From NCBI GenBank assembly GCA_963832785.1, contig CAWHVF010000011.1, positions 80-64,079 of the forward strand: 64,000 nucleotides of DNA. The letters are read 5' to 3'. Each line of letters opens with the position of its first letter. The stretch's first letter is position 1. Shown one piece after another: positions 1 to 8,716 of this stretch. Position numbers and translations under genes: made by a program. The notes under the pieces are model-generated. The model saw only the letters and a program-made list of their open reading frames with translations, did no database searches and was not told the origin of the DNA. The stretch comes from an uncultured Acidobacteriota bacterium. Lineage in GTDB: Bacteria > Acidobacteriota > Terriglobia > Terriglobales > Acidobacteriaceae.

Positions 1-624
1 AAACCGGAAGATCCTCTCCGCCCCTAGCAACTCAACCTCGGTGAGGTCGCTAAGCTGCCCACTCAGGCTTCGGATTTTCTGTTGGAGCAGGAGCCGGTCG
101 CGCTCGATCTGCTCATACAGCAGCATCCGTTGCTGACTTCCGGCGAAGAGCGACTTGAGCTGCTTGATCGAGCCGTGCGGGTCTCGCGGAAGCTGCGACA
201 GGGCGCGAAGCAGGCCACTCTTGGCGTAGCTGCCATCGATCATCACCTCCCAGAAGATTTCAACGCTGTACAGCCGGTCAGCCTTCGACTGGAGAAACCC
301 CACGCGTTGTTCCACGGCGGCGCGCACCAGCGGGTTTTGATAATGCTCGTGTGGCACCTCGGGCCGATTGTGCTTGAATAGAATCTGATAGAGCCGCGTC
401 TTGTCATCGAGGCTACGGAAGGCCGCCTCCAGGCGCTTCACCGTGTAATCCCGCCCGGCATGGTCGAGGCTCTCGTAATCGATCCCGCCGATCCTGAGCA
501 CTGCGCCAAGGTCGCCGGATTTTGTCAGGAACGCGTGCTCGTCCCAGAAGCCGTACAGGTTGATGTGCGCCTGCAACGATCCAGCTTCCTTCCAATCCTT
601 CGTGATCTGATCAACCTTGAACAT
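1..624 (-). CDS. virB4: Type IV secretion ATPase VirB4/TrbE, N-terminal part (gene runs off the left edge)
   Basis: Absent from the ORF track because it is open at the window edge. My minus-strand translation from ATG (622-624) reads MFKVDQITKDWKEAGSLQAHINLYGFWDEHAFLTKSGDLGAVLRIGGIDYESLD... and stays open for 208 codons to base 1. It resembles the VirB4/CagE/TrbE N-terminal domain. It overlaps the VirB3-like gene by 14 nt. Confidence 0.75.
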   Translation of the reverse strand, partial: MFKVDQITKDWKEAGSLQAHINLYGFWDEHAFLTKSGDLGAVLRIGGIDYESLDHAGRDYTVKRLEAAFRSLDDKTRLYQILFKHNRPEVPHEHYQNPLVRAAVEQRVGFLQSKADRLYSVEIFWEVMIDGSYAKSGLLRALSQLPRDPHGSIKQLKSLFAGSQQRMLLYEQIERDRLLLQQKIRSLSGQLSDLTEVELLGAERIFRF

Positions 625-940
625 TGCGCCTTGCGATCCCTATCTCCGTCGGTTGCCATTTCATCGGGTCATAACGGCGGCGGAACTTTGTTGAATTCAG
701 CCGCACCCGTAAGATTTCCACGTCGTATTTAGTCGCCCGCTGCGCGGCAATTACTCCCACCACAAAGAGCAGGATTCCCCCAAGCAAGGAGTGCATGAGC
801 GAGAAGATCGCGCCGCCGGAGATCAGCGCGACAAAGAACAGACGGCGCTCCGCGCCCATGATGGTCAGTGGGCGGTTCATTGCCTTGAACACCTGGTTGT
901 GTCGATATTCCCGTAGTGAAGCACCCTTCGCCATGCGCAT
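611..940 (-). CDS. virB3: VirB3/TrbD-like small T4SS membrane protein
   Basis: MRMAKGASLREYRHNQVFKAMNRPLTIMGAERRLFFVALISGG... is a small two-TM protein with the usual VirB3 N-terminus. A GAGGAGG SD lies just before ATG at 938-940. It sits between pilin-like and VirB4-like genes. Confidence 0.65.
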   Translation of the reverse strand: MRMAKGASLREYRHNQVFKAMNRPLTIMGAERRLFFVALISGGAIFSLMHSLLGGILLFVVGVIAAQRATKYDVEILRVRLNSTKFRRRYDPMKWQPTEIGIARRNVQG

Positions 941-959
941 CACCTCCTCTTCTGTTGGG

Positions 960-1286
960 TTATGGAAATAGCCAGGACATAAAGTTCGCCGCTCCAATAG
1001 CCATGCCAACGCCGAAGACGATCCCGGCGAGCATCCGTTTCGACTGGCCTTCGCCGTAAGCGAACATCAAGCCGCCGACCACGATGGCAACGAGCGATAG
1101 CCCCTGTGCAATAGGACCAGTGAATGAAGTCTTCAGGGCATTGACGGCATTCTCCCAAGGCGAACTGCCGATGCCCTGGGCGTAGGCGGGCGCGGCAAGC
1201 AGGGCGATGGCCGTAACTGGTGCAAAGCGCCACAGACGCGATCTCTTTGCTGGTTGTTGGGAAACTGGATTGGCTGGCTGCGACAT
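960..1286 (-). CDS. virB2: VirB2/TrbC-type T4SS pilin
   Basis: MSQPANP...RFAPVTAIALLAAPAYAQG has a signal peptide, followed by two hydrophobic helices (GLSLVAIVVGGLMFAY, GIVFGVGMAIGAANF). AGGAG SD lies before ATG at 1284-1286. Confidence 0.65.
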   Translation of the reverse strand: MSQPANPVSQQPAKRSRLWRFAPVTAIALLAAPAYAQGIGSSPWENAVNALKTSFTGPIAQGLSLVAIVVGGLMFAYGEGQSKRMLAGIVFGVGMAIGAANFMSWLFP

Positions 1287-1520
1287 TGGGTCTCCTTCGC
1301 GTGTTTTCAAGCACAACGTGTGCTGCTGGATTTCGATGGAAAACGCAAGCCAAAAACAAGTGGGCGATTATTGCTCTTTTGAGCTGGCTTATTCCGTTTT
1401 GGCAATAATCGCCCGCAACGGTCTATGAAGTGCACATCCTGGGTTGCGCCAAGCCCGTGGGGTGGGGTGAACAAGACGCCTGCGAAAGCAGGAGTTCCAC
1501 AGACGGGTGGGCCACGGGCT

Positions 1521-1560
1521 TTCAAAAGTGAGAAAAGGCGCCCGGAACTACCGAGCGCCT
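1521..1560 (-). terminator. Rho-independent terminator after the ParB-like gene
   Basis: Minus-strand reading is AGGCGCTCGG-TAGTT-CCGGGCGCCT followed by TTTTCTCACTTTT. It lies immediately 3' of the stop at 1578. Confidence 0.6.
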
Positions 1561-1577
1561 GGGGGAAGTTGGATTGG

Positions 1578-3173
1578 TTATGCCGCGCGCTTTTTCACGT
1601 CCTTTTTTTCTTTCATTTCCAGCTTGGCGCGTTTGGTTGCAAACTCCTGTTCGATGGTCTTGCGCAGTTTGTCCGCATCTAAGCGATGCCGTTTTGCGGT
1701 CTCCATCAGCATATCTGGCTCGCTCTTAGGCGCATAGTCCACGGTTTCGAGCAGCGCAATCTCAACCAACAGTTTGCACAGTTCGGCTTCGTCGGACTGC
1801 TTAAACAGTTTGGCGATAGCCTGTTGTACCTGTGGATAGGTAACCTCGCTTGCTGTTCCCTCAACGAGCTTGTGCCGTCGCGCCAGCCGTTCTCTGCGCA
1901 TCGGCTCAAGTCTGTTTACCAACACAGTCGCCAGGAATCCAAGGTCGGCGCGGCCGAGTGGAGAACCGACGCGCTTGAGGACTTCGGCCAAAATGCGGTG
2001 CCGCACGGTGGTTTCGAGTTTCTGACGTTCGAGTTCCTTGCGCCGCCCTGCACGCTCCTTCGCGGTTTGCTCCGGGGTAGGCGTGCGGCGGTCAGCGAAG
2101 TGAACCGAGCAGGTCGGGTCAGCACAAACCTTCACCACGCGCCCACGCTCGCTGCCGTCCACCACGATGGCCTCACTCATTTGCTTGCATGGCTTCTGGT
2201 AGGGCGAGAGCTGTGCCTTAGACTTGTCACTCTTTACGGAGAGATTCAGCGCAACGTAGCGGTTGCGTCCCAGCACAGCATCGTTACCACGTGTTCCGTA
2301 ACTGGTCGTGATCTGTACCAGTTTCGGCTTCTCTGTAACCTGCCGCTCGATGTGCTTAGCGAGTTTGTTGTTGTAACACGCGCCATCGGTACAACTGTCC
2401 TTGATCGCCTCGCCGAACAGCAGGGTGTTGAAGCCGGTGCGCTTCGGGCAGTTGGTGCAGCTTCCGGCCTCAGGTACAAGGGCCTCATCGTTCTTGTCGA
2501 ACGGCACGGCATCAAGCGAGAGCAAGATGTTCTGCTCAATCCATGCCGTCAACTCCCGCACGGGGAGCAAAACGCGGTTCTCTTTGCTGCCACTCCATAC
2601 ACTACGGAACGCGGCATCGAAGGCGCGTTGCTGCTCCGGGTGTGGCAGCTTGGCGATTTCCAGCGCATGGCCTACACCAATCTGGTCGGCCAGAAAGGCT
2701 TCGGCGATGGATGGGATGAGTTCGGCCAGGCGAAGGCGAGTGGCCACGTAAGTCTGGCTGCGGCCAATCTTGGCGGCTATGCGAGCAACATCATAGTGCG
2801 CGCCATTGACTTCCAGCATTGCTTTGTAGGCGAATGCCTCTTCCATCGGATGCACGCCTTCCCGCTGTCCGTTCTCGATTAGCTGGCATTCCAGAACTTC
2901 GATGTCGGACAGTTTCACAACACGCGCCGGAACCTCTTCCAAGGCGGCGAGCTTAGCGGCCCGCAATCTGCGCGCTCCGGCAACGACTTCATATTTGCCA
3001 TCATCGATGATGCGGACAAGCAAAGGCTGTAACACTCCTTGCGCTTTGAAGCTCTCCGCCAGTTCCGAGAGGCTGTCCTCATCGAAGCGGCGGCGCGGGT
3101 TGGTGGACGATTCCTGCAATTGCGCTACGGGCAGGTTGCGATATTCGTGGTTACTGCGAATGGCGGTGGACAT
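1578..3173 (-). CDS. ParB/Spo0J-like nuclease-domain protein with long Cys-containing C-terminal extension (ICE/plasmid type)
   Basis: The N-terminus (LPVAQLQESSTNPRRRFDEDSLSELAESFKAQGVLQPLLVR...VVAGARRLRAAKLA) is the ParB box pattern. AGGAG SD favours the second ATG (3171-3173). Confidence 0.8.
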   Translation of the reverse strand: MSTAIRSNHEYRNLPVAQLQESSTNPRRRFDEDSLSELAESFKAQGVLQPLLVRIIDDGKYEVVAGARRLRAAKLAALEEVPARVVKLSDIEVLECQLIENGQREGVHPMEEAFAYKAMLEVNGAHYDVARIAAKIGRSQTYVATRLRLAELIPSIAEAFLADQIGVGHALEIAKLPHPEQQRAFDAAFRSVWSGSKENRVLLPVRELTAWIEQNILLSLDAVPFDKNDEALVPEAGSCTNCPKRTGFNTLLFGEAIKDSCTDGACYNNKLAKHIERQVTEKPKLVQITTSYGTRGNDAVLGRNRYVALNLSVKSDKSKAQLSPYQKPCKQMSEAIVVDGSERGRVVKVCADPTCSVHFADRRTPTPEQTAKERAGRRKELERQKLETTVRHRILAEVLKRVGSPLGRADLGFLATVLVNRLEPMRRERLARRHKLVEGTASEVTYPQVQQAIAKLFKQSDEAELCKLLVEIALLETVDYAPKSEPDMLMETAKRHRLDADKLRKTIEQEFATKRAKLEMKEKKDVKKRAA

Positions 3174-3257
3174 GTTCTTTTCTCCTATTGGTGAAAGGGT
3201 GGAGGTCATGCGGACAGAGACACCTCCCTTGTCCGCGCCGAAAAGGGCACAGTGGAC

Positions 3258-4208
3258 TTAGGCGGCGGATTGCTCCGCCTCCGTGGTTGGGAACCGAGAC
3301 TCCGGGACTTCCTGTGAAACGGATTCTTCCGTCTGAATGGCCGCCAGGATTACGGAAGCCGTGTGCTGCACTATCTCAAGGCTCTCCATCAGCAACTCGG
3401 CGTTGCCGTGGTAAAGCTGGATGTAAGAGGGGCTGGTATCGGCGTTTAATCCGATAGCTTTGGCGACTACAAAGGCGACTGCTTCCGCTTCCGTCTCGCG
3501 TACTGCCTTGGTGGTTGCGGTGCGCCGTTCTGCTTTGTGTAGGAATTCGTGCGCCGTTTCGTGGACAAGCGCCGCAAACTCTTCGGGCTTCGTCTGTCCG
3601 GGCAGCAAAGCGATTCTTCCGCCGTAAGAAACTCCGAGAGCGGGTGCGATGTCTTCGCTGTATTCCAACTCGATTCCGCATGAGACAACAAACTTCCGCA
3701 GTCGGTCCAGATACGTGCCTACTTCTCCGGTGATTTCACCAAGCGTGGGCAGTGGTGCACCTTCGGTCTGGGCCTCGTCCCACACGTACACGCGGCGAAA
3801 TCCGAGCAGTGCGGATTTGGTCGAGTCTGCTTCTTCCGTGTCGGGCTCCTGTTCACGCTTCCTGCGACGGGTGCCGATCATCGGCGCAAGAATGGCAATG
3901 CCCTTCTCTCCACGCTTTACTCGGCGTCCAAGCTCGTTCCATGTCCGCATCCCTGCAACGTGGGTTGCCGTGGGTCGCTGTCTCGCAATCAGCAATACGT
4001 TACCGAACGAGTAGTTGTGAAAATGTGCCATTGCATCGAGAAACGCGGTGAGAGCTTCGCTGTGGCCGGTCTCAAGCTGCTCGATCAGGTATTGAACGTT
4101 TTCGCGGATGAGTTGCTGCGCAGTGGCGGGCTTCCGGTTATTGCTGCCGGAAGCTGCATTGACGGCGGCTGAGCCGTTGCTGCTGCTGTTGTTGCTTTGA
4201 TATTCCAT
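3258..4208 (-). CDS. ardC: ArdC-like antirestriction protein (N-terminal ssDNA-binding domain plus HExxH metalloprotease-like domain)
   Basis: LIEQLETGHSEALTAFLDAMAHFHNYSFGNVLLIARQRP...GMRTWNELGRRVKRGEKGIAILAP matches the ArdC N-domain pattern. The C-terminal half carries HETAHEFLH. Likely start is MEYQSNN (4206-4208); the longer ORF-track N-terminus looks spurious. Confidence 0.75.
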   Translation of the reverse strand: MEYQSNNSSSNGSAAVNAASGSNNRKPATAQQLIRENVQYLIEQLETGHSEALTAFLDAMAHFHNYSFGNVLLIARQRPTATHVAGMRTWNELGRRVKRGEKGIAILAPMIGTRRRKREQEPDTEEADSTKSALLGFRRVYVWDEAQTEGAPLPTLGEITGEVGTYLDRLRKFVVSCGIELEYSEDIAPALGVSYGGRIALLPGQTKPEEFAALVHETAHEFLHKAERRTATTKAVRETEAEAVAFVVAKAIGLNADTSPSYIQLYHGNAELLMESLEIVQHTASVILAAIQTEESVSQEVPESRFPTTEAEQSAA

Positions 4209-4630
4209 TGTTTTTTCCTTTGTCTGCCCTGTGGGGCGTTTTTTTCTTTCACCCCGGAGCGAAGCGAAGGAAAAAACGCGGCACAGGCAGACAAGGAGGA
4301 ACGACAGAGGGCGAGGGTGCAGGCCCAAGAGGCGGGCGCGGCAAGTGCCAAACACGCTCTACCGTTTGGCTCGCGGACGCGCTGTCCCGAAGGGCCGTCC
4401 TGGAGCGTTAGCGGAGTGGGCGCACTCGTCCGGCGGAAGTGAAGAAACGGCTGCGCGGCCAAGCGCAATCCGAAGAAGGTGGTTTGCAATTGGATTGGGC
4501 GAAGAATAATGATGGGACGGTCAGGTCCGTGCACGGTCTAGACACTGACGATATTACAGTCGCGGGCAGCGTCACTTCGTGAAACGCCGCGCCAAAGAAC
4601 ATTTAAGGGGCAGTTCGTGCGGGCTGCGGG

Positions 4631-4677
4631 CTTTGAAAAACGAGGAAAAGGCGCTCGGAAGTTGGGGCGAGCGCCTT
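4631..4677 (-). terminator. Rho-independent terminator after the antitoxin gene
   Basis: Perfect 10-bp stem AAGGCGCTCG/CGAGCGCCTT (4648-4657 / 4668-4677), followed on the minus strand by TTTCCTCGTTTTTCAAAG. Its flanks are paralogous to the terminator at 1521-1560. Confidence 0.6.
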
Positions 4678-4699
4678 GGGGCGAAGTTGGGTTGGTCTT

Positions 4700-5026
4700 C
4701 TAAGCCACGTGAACGCGAGCCCGTGACCGAGAGCGCGGGCACCCTTGCACCGTGATTTTAATGTCTTGTCCAAGCAGAAGCAGAAAACGTATTAACCGTT
4801 CCAGCGAAAAGCCCGAAAGACGCCCGCGCATGAGGGCCGAAACCTTGGGTTGATCAACTCCCAACAGTTTGGCGGTCTGGGCTTGGGTGAGCCTTTTGTC
4901 GCGAACCAGAAGCGTAATTTTGTGGGCTAGCTCAGCCTTGGCAAGCACTTCCTCCGGATTCGGCATACCCAGATCGGCGAATACGTTGCCGCTGCTGACG
5001 GTGTAATCCAGTTGGCGTTTTGTCAT
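4700..5026 (-). CDS. XRE-family HTH antitoxin (HigA-like)
   Basis: MTKRQLDYTVSSGNVFADLGMPNPEEVLAKAELAHKI...LTQAQTAKLLGVDQPKVSALMRGRLSGFSLERLIRFL is a typical HTH_XRE antitoxin. Its start lies 2 nt after the toxin stop. Confidence 0.8.
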   Translation of the reverse strand: MTKRQLDYTVSSGNVFADLGMPNPEEVLAKAELAHKITLLVRDKRLTQAQTAKLLGVDQPKVSALMRGRLSGFSLERLIRFLLLLGQDIKITVQGCPRSRSRARVHVA

Positions 5027-5028
5027 CG

Positions 5029-5376
5029 TTATTTCCCCCACTCCCGGTCGATTTCGATAGCGCGTTGCAACCGCTGTTCTACCACCTCCATCATGCTCTT
5101 TGGTGTCGCGATACCCTGCCTTGCCTTCTTCTGAAACGCATGCAGCACATACACGGCCTTCTCCAGCTTCACGGTATAGACGGTTCGAAACGTGTCGCCC
5201 CGATGATCGGAAACAACCTCCAGCACGCCGGTTCCGATATTCTTCAACGGCTTGACGTCGATGTGCTTGCCGCCCATCTGTGCCTGATAAAGGGCAAAGC
5301 CGATGTGTTGCTGTACGGCCCGCGGAAACTCCCGCAGTTTGCGGTGCGAGTCGGCGACGAAGATCAATGGTTTCAT
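5029..5376 (-). CDS. RelE/ParE-superfamily toxin (HigB / phage Gp49-like)
   Basis: 115 aa. MKPLIFVADSHRKLREFPRAVQQHIGFALYQAQMGGKHIDVKPLK...VYVLHAFQKKARQGIATPK is the toxin-first HigBA-like arrangement. Confidence 0.75.
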   Translation of the reverse strand: MKPLIFVADSHRKLREFPRAVQQHIGFALYQAQMGGKHIDVKPLKNIGTGVLEVVSDHRGDTFRTVYTVKLEKAVYVLHAFQKKARQGIATPKSMMEVVEQRLQRAIEIDREWGK

Positions 5377-5640
5377 CGGGACTTTACAAGACTACTCGAA
5401 TATGCCAGATATGGCATATACGGGTCAAGAACATCTTTCGGTATGAATCGAATCCGCGCGTTAAAAATAGGGCTTTGGGGGATTATTGCCTAAACGGAAA
5501 GAGTCGGTTCAAAAAGGCATAAATCGAGTCAGAGTTTCTGCCCTCCTACCTTGAGGACAGATGAGCCAGCGGAATCGATTCCGCCGTCGGACCCACTTTG
5601 AGGTGCTTGTGCAGAGGTCGATTCCGTTTCCTTTTCCGCT

Positions 5641-5871
5641 GTGGAGATGTTTGAGATGAGCTGTGAAGCCTTAATCGACGCGAAGGAAGCTGCCAAGATC
5701 CTCAAGTTACATCCCAATACGGTCCAGCAACTTGCCCGCCAGCGCAAAATCCCGGCGCTTCGTCTGGGCCGGGTATGGCGCTTCCGAGCCTCAGCGCTAG
5801 ACGAGTGGATGCGTGCCCAGTTAAACTCTTCTCCACTGCCTTTCGCACCGTCTCGTGGAGCAATTCAATGA
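5641..5871 (+). CDS. Excisionase / MerR-superfamily helix-turn-helix DNA-binding protein
   Basis: LIDAKEAAKILKLHPNTVQQLARQRKIPALRLGRVWRFRASALDEWM is the excisionase-type HTH_17 pattern. Its stop overlaps the integrase ATG (ATGA). Confidence 0.7.
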   Translation: MEMFEMSCEALIDAKEAAKILKLHPNTVQQLARQRKIPALRLGRVWRFRASALDEWMRAQLNSSPLPFAPSRGAIQ

Positions 5872-7000
5872 GACGAATGCGATACCAATTCGGAGCCGTG
5901 CAGCAGAAAGAACGCAAGCGCGGCCCAAACGTGTGGGTGTTTCGGTTTAGGGATGAACATGGAGTGAAACGATCCGTGGAAATCGGCACCGTAGAGAAGC
6001 TCCCTCGGAGAGCGGATGCCCAGCGCGCCGCTGAATCTCTGCGATTAGCCGCCAACTCAGACGCGCCGGCGATTCACGGGCTCACTTTCGCGGGCCTGAT
6101 CGATCGTTACATCGCTGACGAAATGCCAAAGCGGTACTCCACTGCCAAGGCCTATCAAGCCTATCTTCGGACTCACATTAAGCCGAAGTGGGGTGATTAC
6201 CAACTGAGCCAGATCAAGCCCTTCGGAGTCGAGCAGTGGCTTAAGGGACTCGATCTGGCACCCAAGAGCAAAGGGCACATCCGGACCATTATGCTCAACA
6301 TCTTCAATTGCGCGATGCGATGGGAATTCATCCCCATCGGCAAGAATCCGCTGAGCTTGGTGCGAGTGCCTGATATTAGTAAGCGGCAAACTAAGGCGGA
6401 GGTGTTGACCTCGGCCCAAGTTACCAAATTGATTGGCGCGATTGAGCGCGAGCCTTTCCGCACCATGGCCTGGCTCGCGGTCTGCCTCGGGCTGGAGCCG
6501 AGCGTACTGGCAGGGCTGAAGTGGGGGGATTTTGACTTTGCGAAACTGCAAGTCAAAATCCAGCGTGGCGTGGTGGAAAACCGCGTGGACCGGGCGAAGA
6601 ACGAATATCGCGAGGCCGCCCTGCCCATCGATCAGCAGCTTACCGAGATGCTCTTGCACTGGCAAAAGCAGACCAAGTGGAACGGTCCCCAGGACTGGGT
6701 ATTTGCTAGTCCATATTTTGCGGGGCAGAAACCATACAGTCCACTTCATGTCGCCGACTCCATCTCTGGCCGGCTGCTAAGAAGGTTGGCTTGGGCGAAA
6801 AGCTTGGCTGGCGTACCTTTCGCCGTACCTATTCAAGCCTGCTGCGCCAACTGGGAGTCGATGTGAAAGTGCAGCAGGAGCTGATGCGTCACGCAGACAT
6901 TAGGACGACGATGAACTTGTACACAGATTCGTTTTCCGAGGATCTGCGGGTGGCGCACAGCATGGTGGTACGACAGGTTTTGCCCACCACAGTCATGTGA
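5868..7000 (+). pseudogene. Tyrosine recombinase/integrase with one apparent frame break near 6745-6790
   Basis: The N-terminal piece (MRRMRYQFGAVQQKERKRGPNVWVFRF...) runs in the frame of ORF 5775-6866. The catalytic C-terminus (AAKKVGLGEKLGWRTFRRTYSSLL...MRHADIRTTMNLYT) continues in the frame of ORF 6791-7000. It could be a real pseudogene or an indel error. Confidence 0.8.
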
Positions 7001-7067
7001 TGGGGGCTTAACGGACCCTAATGGACCCTCGCCGAATCGAGAAACACCGAAGATTCAAGGGGTTAGT

Positions 7068-7143
7068 TGGGGTGGGTGGTGGGATTCGAACCCACGACAG
7101 CCGGAGCCACAGTCCGGAGTTCTACCACTGAACTACACCCACC
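7068..7143 (-). tRNA. tRNA-His (anticodon GTG)
   Basis: The reverse complement folds as a cloverleaf: G(-1), acceptor GTGGGTG/CACCCAC, anticodon stem CCGGA/TCCGG with loop CTGTGGC, T-arm GTGGG-TTCGAAT-CCCAC, and 3' C-CCA encoded. The extra 5' G paired with C73 is the tRNA-His hallmark. Confidence 0.9.
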
Positions 7144-7368
7144 GCGGCAAGTATGAGGAAACCCCACCCATAGGCTCAGGCACAGGGCCGGGCAAGCTTG
7201 ATTATAACAGACGCGAATTGCGACTCCTTACGGAAGGAATCAAGTACCCGCCAAAACCTCTTCAGCCGGGAAGGCAAGGCTATGATTTCCGTGAGCACTC
7301 GTGAGAAGAAGCTCAGCGGCGAACAAGCGCGGGCGAGGGGTGCTGCTAAATTGTCCGCGCACGCGGCT

Positions 7369-8553
7369 CTAGTTCTGTGCGGCTCCGCGGCTGCGCGTGG
7401 CCAGCTGGGTGAACAATGCTCTTATGCCGAACGTCCAGGGAGCAACCCGGTTGCAGTGTTCGACCCGGTTCGCCAGCGTGCCCAGTTTGGGGCTGGAGAT
7501 ATACACCATGTCTCCCACCTTATGAGTAAAGCCGCCGCCCGGCTCATTGCGGTCTTCGATGGGCGCGAACATGGTCCCCAGGAAAAGCACCATCCCATCC
7601 GGATACTGGTGATATCGCCCCATGGATTGCGCCACCAGATCGAGCGGATCGCGGCTAATCTGGCTCATGGAGCTGGCGCCGCGCAGGCGGAAGCCGTCTG
7701 TTCCCTCCACCAGCAAACTGATTACGGCGTTGCGCACATCGTCGATGGAGAAGGTTGAATCGAACAGGCGGATGTACGGCCCGATGGCGCAGGAGGCATT
7801 ATTGTCCTTGGCCTTGGGCAGCAACAGCGCGCTGCGCCCCTCGAAGTCGCGCAGGTTTACATCGTTTCCCAGGGTGGCGCCGACGGTCCGGCCGCGGCTG
7901 TTGACCGCCAGCACGATCTCGGGTTCGGGGTTGTTCCAGGCCGAATCGGGGTGAATGCCGATGTCGCTGCCGGTGCCCACGGCTGACAGCACCGGCGCCT
8001 TGGTGAAGACTTCGGCATCGCTGCCGATTCCGACCTCCAGGTATTGCGACCACAGTCCACGCTTGATCAGTAGTTGCTTGATCTTCAGCGCCTCCGGCGA
8101 ACCCGGCTTCAGCGAGCGCAGGTTCTCGCCGATGAGCGAGACCACCTCTTTGCGCACGGCTTCGGCGCGCGCCGGATCGCCCCGCGCTTGTTCTTCGATC
8201 ACCCGCTCCAGCAGGCTGGAGGCGAAGGTCACACCCGCCGCCTTGATCACCTGGAGATCGCAGGGAGCCAGCAAGAATGGCTTTTGCGGGTCGGGCCGGC
8301 GGGTGGTGTTGTCCAGCAGTTCCCGGATCGCGGCTACTCGCGAGCCGGGCGTTTGCCGGACCAGCGCGGCGGGGTCCACGTCCTCAAGCAGGTCGCTCAT
8401 GGTCGGCGCCACGTCGGAGATGTCATAAACGCCTGCTTCGCGAATGGCGATGACCCTTGCTCCCGCGCCCGGTACCCAGGCGCGTCCCACCAGCGTTCCG
8501 GAATATCCGTCCTGTGGAAGAAACTGCTCCAGGTTCAGGGGAACACTTGCCAT
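7369..8553 (-). CDS. Fumarylacetoacetate hydrolase (FAH) family protein
   Basis: 394 aa. The C-terminal half (EPEIVLAVNSRGRTVGATLGNDVNLRDFEGRSALLLPKAKDNNASCAIGP...) fits the FAH-fold catalytic domain pattern. Confidence 0.65.
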   Translation of the reverse strand: MASVPLNLEQFLPQDGYSGTLVGRAWVPGAGARVIAIREAGVYDISDVAPTMSDLLEDVDPAALVRQTPGSRVAAIRELLDNTTRRPDPQKPFLLAPCDLQVIKAAGVTFASSLLERVIEEQARGDPARAEAVRKEVVSLIGENLRSLKPGSPEALKIKQLLIKRGLWSQYLEVGIGSDAEVFTKAPVLSAVGTGSDIGIHPDSAWNNPEPEIVLAVNSRGRTVGATLGNDVNLRDFEGRSALLLPKAKDNNASCAIGPYIRLFDSTFSIDDVRNAVISLLVEGTDGFRLRGASSMSQISRDPLDLVAQSMGRYHQYPDGMVLFLGTMFAPIEDRNEPGGGFTHKVGDMVYISSPKLGTLANRVEHCNRVAPWTFGIRALFTQLATRSRGAAQN

Positions 8554-8716
8554 ATTAGAAATCTCCTCGGGATATCGGACATATCATCACTGGAAAGGGC
8601 TACAGTAGACCCGTTCTAAGTAGGCGTATCGCTGCCGCGATGCCGAACCTGTGTGATTCGTATCAGGGCACGACTAAAGCGGATGCTCAACGCCGACAAC
8701 TTAGTATTCAAGGAAC

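Larger units (their letters stand above)
1..7067. mobile_element. Integrative conjugative element, right-hand end (partial), inserted at the 3' end of tRNA-His
   Basis: T4SS genes, a ParB-like gene, ArdC, a TA pair and an excisionase-integrase pair, with the integrase reading toward the tRNA 3' end. The left boundary is outside the window. Confidence 0.75.

Noticed and set aside
82-595. ORFs 82-381 (+) and 413-595 (-)
   Set aside because: Both lie inside the open virB4 reading frame (minus strand, frame ending at base 1), which gives a convincing VirB4-like translation. The listed ORFs have low-complexity, Arg-rich translations.
7000-7067. Direct repeat GGACCCT-AAT-GGACCCT between integrase and tRNA as an arm-type integrase site or att core
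   Set aside because: It is only a 7-bp repeat seen once. Without the other ICE end it cannot be distinguished from chance.
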